A stretch of DNA of 64,000 nt. It comes from Amoebophrya sp. A120. Taxonomy: Eukaryota; Protista; Dinoflagellata. The position numbers and the translations under genes are program-made. Below, piece after piece: positions 27,301 to 35,685 of this stretch; positions within the stretch are counted from its first letter, which is position 1; each line of letters begins with the position of its first letter. Location: NCBI GenBank assembly GCA_905178155.1, contig CAJINV010000002.1, forward strand, positions 6,850,743 to 6,914,742, read 5' to 3'. Under the pieces are notes generated by a model. That model was not told where the DNA came from. It was given only the letters and a program-made list of their open reading frames with translations, and made no database searches.

Positions 27301-30300
27301 TTCGGACCGCCTCGTTTTACCTGCAACCTTCTTCCAGCCCGCTGCGAAAACTCAGAACAAGTACAAGGGAACAGCCAGCAGCACGAGCAAGAAGAACGTG
27401 CTCAACAACGTGAGGAAAAGCTCCAGGGACGTCGAGCCAGGGCGGACAAGAACTACAACAACGGCGAGGATGAGCACAAATTCTGTACCAACTTCTGCGC
27501 AGTCGTTTGCTGAAACAAGAGGTCACAGTAGTACTCGAAAAAGTAGTTTTGTGCCTGATTCAGCCGATGATCCTGAAGATTTCCTCGACGACCACCTCCT
27601 GGAGTTAGAATTTGAAACCGCCCTGACTGGTGAAAAAGGGCTTCTGGAAGTAATGTCAGATGCAAAAGTACAGGATGTTGTCCTCGCGGAAAACAAAATG
27701 AAAGTAAAGAATGTCGCGGAAAACAAGATGAAAAACAGCGACCGAGAGAAACAGCAGGCAGAAGCTTATAAATCGCTATACGATCAAACGAAAGCGTATC
27801 TGAGTTTTGCCCATTTGTATTCGGGTACAGGAGCAGACGGAAGTAGTGGTTTAAGTGTTTTGATGAACAATCTTTTTCGCCATTGGGCCCGGGCCGCGGT
27901 GTCGAATGAAAAGGGTCCGGGTCTTGTTGTTAATCTCCGCATATCAACTGCAAGTATCGATCTGGGTGGTCTGGAAGATGAATGCGAATGTTCGTCATGC
28001 TTGCTAGTGGTCTAAAATGCACGCAGAGCATAAACATGTTTGCGGCGGCTTTCGTATTTCTCGCCTGCGTTAGAATGCCCTGGTCGAGAGACAAGATGGA
28101 TCACGTATCTTTTGCTGACTAGTATGCAAGACATATTCATATTTTCCAAAACCAAAAGCACCATAAGGACAAGAATAAGTAGAAATATCTTCGACAGATT
28201 TGCAGACTTCCAGACGACCAGGACATATTTGCATTTGATAACGCCTACCGGTTTACAATTCAATGGAGGACGCCCTAGCCGACGCCATCAGTGATTTTGC
28301 ACAGCGGATTATCCTCTATAAAAGCGATCCCGCATAATTACTAGACCTCCTGTCACGCAAATCTGCATGCCTAAAATGCTTCCACTCATCAAGAATGATG
28401 ATTGTGCGCAGTCCCATAGGGCGCATTTTGTTATTTTGATTTTCTCAATTTTTCCCTCTGGATATGATTTGAAATTTGTCATGATGTTCTGTATGATTGA
28501 GATGAAGATGGATGCACTCGCTAAACATCGGACTACAGAAGTGCGAGCCCCCGAGGCTCATCGTCATGCGCAACAGGAGCCAATAAAACAATTTACTGAC
28601 TTGTGTAGCAGATTCGACCCCATGTTGTAGTTTGTTAGTGGTGTGGGCCTTGTTTTTTAACCGGATACGGATGTCTGTGTGGGGGCGCCGAGTCGAGAAA
28701 GAGCTGCTCGAAAACGATACTTATTTCGATCGGGACTCGGGAGCGCGCATCGAAGAATTTTCTGTACCTATCAGCGAGCATGCCCGCGACGTCCTCTCGA
28801 GTAGAACCTCAAGGGACCACAGTGGCAAGAACGTCAGCAGTGGGCACGAGCTTCGCACCACGACATCGACCGATAGAACAGCGGTGGTGGAGAAACTTCG
28901 ACAATTGGGCGCCGACGACGAGGGGTCATTCTCATTTTGGCAAGATTTCGGGTTTGCGCAAATCAAGGAGCCTCCGGCTTCCAGGCGATTTTTTGTCGCT
29001 CGACCTCCGACAGGCACGGCTTATCAAGCTGGTGGAACTACCAGTAGTGCTGCAGCCTCTACTAGAGATAGAAATAGACGTGGTTCGACGTCTAGGAGGT
29101 CGAGGTCTAGCACTAGCACCTCCAGGCGGACGACGGAGGCTGAGGACATACTCTCGAGCGCTACATATTCACCCTCAGTACAACTAGGGCCAGAGGGCGA
29201 GGAATCTCCTGACGACCTGGCGGGCGATGGTGCCGGGGATCTTTCTGGCGACGCTGTGGAGAGCTTTCTGTGGCGGAGCCATCTGCAAACTGCTGGAACA
29301 TCTGCTTTGCCGCTCACAGCCTTGCTGGCAGCCTTGCGCGGACACTTCCACTCTGCTATGGAGGATGGCACACAAGAGCAGGGTCGCGCACCTGATCTCC
29401 AGAGTGGTGTAGTTGGCCGAGACGGTGGTGGTGCTCCCGAGCAGGACAACAAGGGCGGCCCTTTCTTTTATCATGATGAAGAGCGAAATAAAAATGCCAA
29501 ACAAAAAGAGCAGCAGGAGGAGTCCTACAACCGTGCTGGTCGTCGTGACCACCTAGACCTACGAGAAGTGGACTACACGAAGCGGTACCGTATCTCTATC
29601 TCAGTACACGAGCTCAACAACCAAACCGACGTCGACCAAGGGCCTCTACTCCCGGCCAGAGAATTCTTTCGCTTCGACGTAGTTCCTGTTGCTCCTGTGG
29701 TGAAGACCGATGCTGTATCGCGAGGAAAAATCGCCTCTCCTCATATTCAATCTCAAAGCGGAGACTTATTGTATTGCTGATTTGTGGCCACGACGCACCG
29801 CCTCTGTCTTGCAAGAGGGCAATGCCAGGGGTGTCCGTCGCATTGCGGGGTTGCCTCCTGATGTTGTCTCGGACCTTCGTGAGAGCCGTCTGCCATGCGA
29901 AGCAGCCATTCGCATGCGTCCCTTCTGCAGCAACTTCTCAGGATTTTTACAATCTGCCTGCGATTTATTTTCCCTACTTGTGCAGGACGAGTTACCAGAT
30001 AATTTGTGTACACAAGAAATCCGGTTCCGGCACCACAGATTTCGTTTTGAATTTGGGGAGGGGAGATGTTTCGTTTTGATATGTCGAAACGGCTGCGGCC
30101 GGAGGGGACCAGGACGCGATTGAAGATCTTCGCGACGGCGAATTCTTCCTAGCCACAGACAAGCGCTCTCGCTTTTTGCGCAGGTTCCTGCGCGAAAATG
30201 GCCAGTGGTGGTACCTTCCGAAAGGTGGTCCGTTTGTCGCGGAATACATCAACCGCAATTGCGTCAACTTCCACCTGAATAGCTGGGACTCTAGCTACCT

Positions 30301-33300
30301 GACCGGCGATGAGCCCTTCGCGCAGAGAATGCGCACCGCGTACAGCTATGGAACTGTCAGGATCGAAATTAACAAAATCGAAAAATTTGTGATGCATAAA
30401 ATGCATGACGCGAAACACGTGCGATGCAGAGCAGGCAAGTGAGGCCGATTGTAAGCCTGTTTGGGGTTATAGCTCGAGCTGCTAAAAAAGCAGCATGAGA
30501 TTATCAGTCTTCTTTGCCTAAACAGCATTACAAACTGTATTCAGGCACCACCAGAATTTGTCATGCGCCGCTTAGAAACTGGGTTCGAGCTGGAATCTAT
30601 TTTATGCATGACAAATCATTTCGATTTTGTCAATTTCGATTCTGACACTCCCATAACAGCGCAGCCCTGGAGAGAAGGACGACATCCTTGTTGAGCCTGA
30701 GCCCCCCAGGCGATATTAAAAGTGATGTAGTGGTCCACCAAGATGAAACGACTCTCAATCTTCAAAGTGCAGCCGGCGCGAGCACCACTTCACAACAGGT
30801 CGGTGGGACGAAAGAGCAGGCTTTCGACGTCGAGCAGCAGCTGCTGCTACCGGAGCAGGCTGCAAACCTGCACTACTTTGAAAAACTGGCCGAGTACGTG
30901 CAAGATCAGAACGGACCCCAGGAAGTGTTTCGCGATCTGGACTGGGAGGCCTTTGTTGCCTCGCACCTGCACCCGCACGCGTTTACACAACTGAACTTGA
31001 TCAGCAGCTTGATGGCGTTTGTGGCCTCCTACACAGTCGAGGCCCCTGAGATAGAGATAAGGCCCGCTGCGGGAGGATCATGGTCCTCATCATCATCATC
31101 ATCATCATCATCCTCCTCGGGCATATTATTTACAACTGCAAATACGTCTGCGATTGTGGATCTGAATGTGAATAGTTCACAACCTGCACCTCAAAAAGTA
31201 GCAGGTGTAGCAGAACCGAGGACCACCACACCGAGTTCGTCCGCCTCTGCAGGCGAAAAAATAGGTCCTTCATCTCCATCCAAAAACAATACTAGGAACA
31301 AGAACAGTAACGAACAGGAAGTTCTTACCGCGGCGGAGCAGGGAGCTCTTGGTGGAGACACAGCGAGCAGTCCGTCCTCATTCTCCCAAAGACCGACCCC
31401 TGCTGGCAAACCTGGGGGAAAAAATCCGAATTTAGAAGAGGAGCCTGCAATATTTGGGTTCGAAAATGAAAATAATACTGGCCCGATCATCTCCGAAGGT
31501 GAAAAGGGAAATAAGAACACGAACGCAATTTCGGGGCGCCGCGGCCCTGTGCTGGATGAAGTATCTCGCTTCAACATCACTGAAGAGGAAGACTGGTACC
31601 TCCGTGAACTGAAAGGCAAAATCAGGAACATATCCAACGAAAAAACTGTTTCACTGTGATGATTTTGCAAGAACCGCATCACAAGTTTGCTACACATGAC
31701 ACAGAAAATTTGCCATGCGCGTTTCCCAAAAGAAAACACGCTTGAAAGTCCAATGTCTTGCAGGTATAGCAAGAGAGACACTTTGGTGCTTCATTTTCTG
31801 CATCACAAGTTCACAGTGAAGCAGTTTTTTCTTGCGATAGAACACCACCAGAGAATATTGGAAGAAAGATATCCAAGACATCCTCCACAGCCAATTCCAG
31901 ACACTTTCGGACAACATTATGGAGTATCCAGGAAAAAACACCCATGATCCCCATCCAATTTGTCATGCAAAACGTGCATAAATTCCTTTGTTTGTCATGC
32001 AAAAAATGGATGGGGATGGGTGTTTTTTTCTGGATATGGAGACGGTCCACTTTGCCCAGATACCTATCCCCGGAGGACTCTACACAGATAGTGAGGAAGA
32101 CTATATCACAAGAAAAAGTGTAGTTAAAAACCAACGTTAAACGGTTTTATTCACAGACTCCAGTCATGCATCGCATCAAATGTAGCCCAATTGCATGCTA
32201 ATATGCAAAACAAATTTTCTTGTTTTTGGCACGTTTGGTGATGCATTGCTGCGTCACAAATTCGGTTAACGTCATAAGTATAACACTTTTTCCTGCGATA
32301 GACTACGACAAATTGCGAGACTTTCTTGCCGCTGATCTCGACTTCCTGGAGGGCAGCCCTTTTCAACTGTCAGACTACAGCCTTGTGTTTTCCCTTGTAT
32401 CAGAGGTGGAGGACGCACGTGCGTTGTTGCAAAATGTGTCTTCTGAGCGGCAAGGTGGAGGATTAAACTCTAATCAAAGCGAGGAGACGACGAGTACGCT
32501 CTTCGAGTCCCTTCCCCCCGCCGCTGCGTTTCTGCGAGAAAAATTCGAGCGCGAGTTTGAAGTGAACCTTTTCGCGGACGTATAAGAGTGAGCAAGTCCC
32601 CCTCCCCCACATTTGTAGGGCATGAACAGCAAAGCTATTACAAGCATTGACAGGAGTGCAGATTTTGCATGCCAAATTCACACAGGAAGATCGCAGTTGT
32701 AGCGTTGGGCGGGCTCCTGCCAGAATCTGTCATGCAAATAGAAATAGCGAGAAGAAGCAAAGCAAAGACGGCTGCTGGATTTGGCATTTTGCATGACAAA
32801 TGAAGGGGACGCCCTTAGCCTTCCAACGTGACAAATGAGGGGGAGAGGAGTTCTTGTGCACTCTCATAAGAGGACTCGAGTCTTCTCAAGAAGCAAATTA
32901 CCAGTGCACTGCAACAGCTGACAGAAACCACCGCACGTGCCCTCGCGATAGCAGATGAGGCTTTCCCTTCCTTGAATCGCAATCGACGCCTCAAAGCATT
33001 TGAGAGGGTCAGGCATGGCACCTCGCGCATCCGGGTCCGAGCCGACCCCAGCACCTGTGCGCGGAGAATACTAACGAAGCACAACCTGCTCGGCGGAGCG
33101 AGGGGCAAGGAGCAGGACCAGGAAGAGAAGACAAACTACACGAAGACGAACGCAAAATCTTCATCAAGTGCCTCGTCTTACCAGGGCAAAGCTGGTAACA
33201 CAAAATCAGGAATGCGAAAGAAAACGCCGTACGATATTCCGGTGCACTTCTACTACCAAAATGGAAAGCTGGGTCGTCGTCGTGATGAAGAAGTAGAAGC

Positions 33301-35685
33301 TACAAAGGGCGGAAGCACTAGAAAGGCTGCGCCTCAACTAGCTGCAAGTGACGACGAGGAGGAGATGCAAACTTTTATATCCAGGAAAAAACACCCATCC
33401 CCATCCAATTTGTCATGCAAAACAAGCATAAAATCCACTATTTGTGATGCAAAAAATGGATGGGGATGGGTGTTTTTTCCTGGATGTTTTACCAAGGTGT
33501 GCCTAACACTGGAGTTGGGTCTTTTGGACTTTGGTCTGCGCTTCGAGAAGAGCTCCCTCTCCCGGATAGCATCGGTGAACCTGAAGCAACACGGCATTTT
33601 TGAGCGCACATTCAGCGCAGAAGTGTGGGACCGGTTTCGCAATTTTTGGTCCAGCGGTGGTGCTGATGTTGATCATGGGGAAAATACAAATAGAACATTC
33701 AAATCCGTTAGATGGCATGCTAGCAAGTATGAGACCAAACTCGCGGAGAATATGGACTCGATACGGAACGATTGGGATTGGCGTGGCGTGACACACGACG
33801 TGGCGTCACTCATGCGAAAAGGCTTCGCCCACACTGCGGAAAAGGGATGGAATGTTACCAAAAAAACCTTCCAAGGAATAAAAAACTTGTTTTCATCACC
33901 CGGACAATGGTGGTCCGTCTCGAGCTCAGGAGGATCTGCATCTGCCTCTAGTACTGCCGACCGAGACGAGGATATGGAAGCGTCAGGTTGGAAATAATTG
34001 ACAAAGTTGAAAGGATTGGCGGCGAAGATGCATAAAACCGACGAGGCCCACTTGATCCATAACTTCTATAGAGGCATAATGCCGCTCTTAGAAATTATGG
34101 TTCCAGTAGCGGCATGAACGCCGCCAATGCTTCACTTCTGGTGATGATGCCATCATCAGAAGTGAAGTCTTGGAGGCGTTGCTTGTGTTGCACGATCAGA
34201 AGAGCAACAAGACTAGCATTCCAGGCAAGCCGAGCCATGTCAGGATGTCAGGCTCAGGTCTTTCCAGACGCGGGCAGTCCGTCTCTCACTCTGTCTAATA
34301 AAGCAAAAGCAAGTAGGGCTTTTGTCATGCTTTTCCGCACCCCCATTGCCCATGAGCCTGGGCAGGCTTACAATCTGCCTCGGTTGCCTCCAGTGCAACG
34401 CCGACACGACTTTGCGCACTGGTGCATGTTATGCATGATAAAAGGTTCACTTTCAACCTTGAGATTTTTCAACCTGTCGCTGCCATAGAGAAGGCCGAAG
34501 CTGAGGAGAGCGACGAGTCGTCAGGACCAGCAGGCTCGAAACAGCAGGGTCCTATGGGTCGGGAGGAGGAAGTTCAAGTTATGGTGGATTGCAAATATGT
34601 CCTTGTCCTCTGGGTCTGCTGGATTTACTGTGGTCATGCAAAACGAAAACTTCTTCAAGCATAAAAAGATCTGTGAAGATGCCTGACCCCGAGTCGTTTT
34701 CGCCTTTTTTGTGATGTTCGAAGCCTGTGTGTCGTGCAAAATTATACCTAGTACGGTTACGGTTACCGTAATAAGATCCGAAAAACTTCTTTTCACGGTG
34801 CTTTCGTGTGCTGCAAAGGGCCGCTTTATTGTCACGCAACATGCAGCATGGCAAATCTTCGCGCGCTTTCAACGAACTTTATTCAGACCCAGACATGAGT
34901 CCTTATTTCCATTTGATAGACGTAGAGCGGCAGCAGCAAACACTCTTCCACAATCGAACAAACGGGAAGGCACCAGCCCCAGCCGCGGCCGACCTGAAAC
35001 AGAAGAGAAAAGGCGGCGATTTTTGGGCATCAGAAACCAACTCCTGGAACACGATATTTACCCCGATGGACTTGGCTTCGAGAGACATCGAAGATATTCG
35101 GCTCCGGCAAGAAATCGACGCGCACGTCACCGATTGGGGCGCTTTCAGTGAGTTTCTTCGGTTCCCCGCTTCGCAGCAGAAGCAAGTGGGTGCCGCGAAC
35201 ACGAAATTTTCCGATCCCGGGTCGGTCGGTGTAGGAGATCTGTTGCACAGTAAGGGTGTTGATTATACTTTCGTGTCCAACTATCCCACGAAAAAACTGT
35301 TTCACTGTGAACTTGCGATGCATGGAATGGAACACAAAAATATTTGTCTTGCTACACATGCAAGACATTGGATTTTTAGGGCTGTTTTCCCTTGGGAATC
35401 AATTGCGCATGGCAAATTTTTTGTGCCATGTGTAGCAAACTTGTGATGCAAATCTTGCAAAATCATCACAGTGAAGCAGTTTTTTCGTGCGATACCAACA
35501 CGGGAAAGTGGTCTTGGGACGGTTTCCCGTCGCGAAACTACGCGCTCACCGATCGCCTCTATCCAGACGCGCAGCCGCCCCTCGTCTACGCGAATCGAAT
35601 GCGCACCTGGCTTCTTGACTTCGATTCTGTATTGAAACTAGACCCATGGCGTGACGCGCTGAACAACGCGACTTCTACGCGATAA
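6351..35685 (+). CDS. Giant (~6,139 aa) protein with two tandem, insertion-rich phosphatidylinositol-phosphate kinase (PIP5K-like) domains; 43 exons, 42 introner-type introns; hydrophobic N-terminus
   Basis: Manual removal of 42 elements (10,915 bp in total) from 29,335 bp leaves 18,420 bp, divisible by 3, and every junction stays in frame. Domain 1 motifs: DRFVVK, RNSLLTPFFGLIRV, YVVLPNL, FELKGS, DLEFLQARKVWDYSLIV, FGIVDF, PSIYADRLRNF. Domain 2 motifs: DRFTWK, GNSLLVPFFGAWRV, YTLMPNI, FDTKGS, DLDFLE..SDYSLVF, LGLLDF, PLVYANRMRTW. The start ATG (6351, 6363 or 6384) is uncertain. Confidence 0.8.
6446..6707. mobile_element. Introner family A
   Basis: TIR tatcaaatgtaaaaatgtctgggtctggaag / cttccagacccagacatttttacatttgata; DR acctt/acctt; join reads VAVSTLFVAA. 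Confidence 0.95.
6987..7292. mobile_element. Introner family B (degenerate)
   Basis: tatggcttgctcag...ctgcgtaagtcata; DR cggat/cggat; join DADQSLF. Confidence 0.85.
7549..7889. mobile_element. Introner, orphan and degenerate
   Basis: tagcatgcatggtcgcaata...tattgcttcatttgatgta; DR gttgc/gttgc; join RSVAAVVDW. Confidence 0.75.
8972..9690. mobile_element. Introner-like element containing a palindrome array
   Basis: tactcgaaaaaccgtaattagcggctaagttggta...taccactttagccgcttattacggtatgccgagta; removing 717 bp at the shared agta joins KYHSSTQG; no clean 5-bp DR. Confidence 0.7.
9209..9409. repeat. Three 40-bp palindromic units (9209-9248, 9268-9307, 9370-9409)
   Basis: cataagttccctaatggcac|gtgccattagggaacttatg is a perfect palindrome; the other two copies carry a few substitutions. 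Confidence 0.92.
10118..10295. mobile_element. Introner family C
   Basis: tatgcatttttgcaaaag...ttttgcactggata; DR gaatc/aaatt (diverged); in-frame join to AHGHFF. Confidence 0.8.
10377..10643. mobile_element. Introner family B
   Basis: tatgggattctca...tgcgaactccata; DR agcag/aggag; in-frame join. Confidence 0.85.
11487..11805. mobile_element. Introner family D
   Basis: tatcataaggaaaaatcccccc...gggggatttttccttttgata; DR agcgt/agcgt; join TQAYEDQ. Confidence 0.95.
11888..12257. mobile_element. Introner family C
   Basis: tatgcattgca...tgcaatgcata; DR tacgc/aacgc; join DHLRHHRNSLL (PIP5K motif). Confidence 0.9.
13276..13508. mobile_element. Introner family C (ends approximate)
   Basis: tgcaaaagtatcg...cgatacttttgca; best in-frame DR ttggg/ttgag; join VFL.YVTK. 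Confidence 0.7.
13656..13764. mobile_element. Introner family E
   Basis: tatccaggaaaaaacacccatcc...ggatgggtttttttctgtggata; DR ctccc/ctccc. Confidence 0.95.
14648..14862. mobile_element. Introner family F
   Basis: tatctcacgaaaaaagtgtta...taacacttttttcttgcgata; DR actat/actat. Confidence 0.92.
14914..15154. mobile_element. Introner family B
   Basis: tatggcgttctca...tgagaacgccata; DR tctac/tctac. Confidence 0.95.
16299..16595. mobile_element. Introner, B-like
   Basis: tataacatgctcagg...cctgagggcgtcata; DR ccgga/ccgga; join WLPEAG. Confidence 0.88.
17664..18005. mobile_element. Introner, degenerate A-like (ends approximate)
   Basis: Internal ctgggtctgggaag / ttccagacctcccagac arms; removing 346 bp at gatttatgcat/gatttttgcat is in frame. 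Confidence 0.7.
18202..18398. mobile_element. Introner family C
   Basis: tatccaatgcaaaag...cttttgcgatgcata; DR cccgt/cccgt. Confidence 0.9.
18468..18577. mobile_element. Introner family E
   Basis: tatccacgaaaaaaagacccat...atgggtctttttttgtggata; DR gctcg/gctcg. Confidence 0.95.
18601..18886. mobile_element. Introner, orphan and degenerate
   Basis: tatgacattgcacaactac...gtagttcttgtgaactcggata; DR gcgcc/gcggc; join SRRLERM. Confidence 0.75.
18935..19169. mobile_element. Introner family B
   Basis: tatggcgttctcaa...ttgagaacgccata; DR cctgt/cctgt. Confidence 0.95.
19229..19556. mobile_element. Introner family D
   Basis: tatcgtaaggaaaaatcccccctcccc...ggggaggggggatttttccttttgata; DR atccc/atccc. 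Confidence 0.95.
20287..20477. mobile_element. Introner family C
   Basis: tatgcatttttgcaaaagtt...aacttttgcagagcata; DR gctgt/gctgc. Confidence 0.9.
20795..20906. mobile_element. Introner family E
   Basis: Perfect TIR tatccaggaaaaaacacccatccccatcca; DR gtcta/gtcta. Confidence 0.96.
21307..21467. mobile_element. Introner family C
   Basis: tatgcattgcaaaagta...tacttttgcagatgata; DR gtgcg/gtgcg. Confidence 0.92.
22268..22410. mobile_element. Introner family E (diverged)
   Basis: tattccctgaaaat...attttcagggaata; DR lost (aggac/tgatg) but removing element +5 nt is in frame. Confidence 0.82.
22507..22662. mobile_element. Introner family C
   Basis: tatgcattg...caatgcata; DR cgcct/cgcct. Confidence 0.92.
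22717..22839. mobile_element. Introner family E
   Basis: tatccaca...tgtggata; DR aaact/aaacc. Confidence 0.88.
22986..23235. mobile_element. Introner family B
   Basis: tatgggattctcaaa...tttgagaactccata; DR tggtt/tagtt. Confidence 0.9.
23662..23804. mobile_element. Introner family C
   Basis: tatggattgcaaaagtatcgcactcgta...tacgagtgcgatgcttttgcacaggata; DR cctac/cctac. Confidence 0.95.
24147..24264. mobile_element. Introner family E (inverted interior)
   Basis: tatccacacaaaaaaaaccatccccatcc...ggatggggatgggtgttgttttttccttgata; DR cgact/caact. Confidence 0.9.
24386..24766. mobile_element. Introner family B (enlarged, 381 bp)
   Basis: tatggcgttctcaaatgttacattctcaact...agttgagaatgtaacgtttgggaacgccata; DR actgg/actgg. 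Confidence 0.95.
26972..27237. mobile_element. Introner family A
   Basis: tatcaaatgcaaatatgtctgggtctg...cagacccagacatatttgcatttgata; DR tttgc/tttgc. Confidence 0.95.
27942..28240. mobile_element. Introner family A
   Basis: tatcaactgcaagtat...atatttgcatttgata; DR ccgca/acgcc. Confidence 0.88.
28310..28667. mobile_element. Introner, orphan
   Basis: tatcctctataaaagcgatccc...gggccttgttttttaaccggata; DR cggat/cggat; join QRMSVW. Confidence 0.82.
29716..30081. mobile_element. Introner family D
   Basis: tatcgcgaggaaaaatcgcctctcc...ggggaggggagatgtttcgttttgata; DR tgctg/tgtcg. Confidence 0.88.
30347..30655. mobile_element. Introner family G (long ~55-bp TIR)
   Basis: tatggaactgtcaggatcgaaattaacaaaatcgaaa...tttcgattttgtcaatttcgattctgacactcccata; DR acagc/acagc. 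Confidence 0.94.
31631..31839. mobile_element. Introner family F
   Basis: tatccaacgaaaaaactgtttcactgtga...tcacagtgaagcagttttttcttgcgata; DR gaaca/gaaca. Confidence 0.95.
31925..32036. mobile_element. Introner family E
   Basis: tatccaggaaaaaacacccat...atgggtgtttttttctggata; DR tggag/tggag. Confidence 0.95.
32104..32300. mobile_element. Introner family F
   Basis: tatcacaagaaaaagtgt...acactttttcctgcgata; DR gacta/gacta. Confidence 0.92.
32581..32868. mobile_element. Introner, D-like
   Basis: tataagagtgagcaag...cttgtgcactctcata; DR ggacg/agagg (diverged); removal +5 nt is in frame. Confidence 0.8.
33378..33486. mobile_element. Introner family E (3' end ggatg instead of ggata; read-through is open)
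   Basis: Family E TIR; DR tttta/tttta; 114 nt with no in-frame stop. Confidence 0.93.
33973..34487. mobile_element. Introner family G
   Basis: tatggaagcgtcaggttggaaa...ttttcaacctgtcgctgccata; DR gagga/gagaa; contains the apparent stop at 33995-33997. Confidence 0.9.
34580..34918. mobile_element. Introner family A (degenerate)
   Basis: Arms with tctgggtctg / cagacccaga; ends tat...ata; DR caagt/gacgt; join VQVERQQ. Confidence 0.82.
35282..35494. mobile_element. Introner family F (interior inverted relative to the 31631 copy)
   Basis: tatcccacgaaaaaactgtttcactgtga...tcacagtgaagcagttttttcgtgcgata; DR ccaac/ccaac. Confidence 0.95.

Noticed and set aside
6351-35685. Stop-codon reassignment as the reason ORFs are fragmented
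   Set aside because: The stops fall inside elements and the frames shift across them; standard-code splicing explains the data
33995-35685. Gene end at 33997 and a separate gene starting at 34029
   Set aside because: Both lie within the 33973-34487 element, and the downstream exons supply the missing C-terminal PIP5K motif
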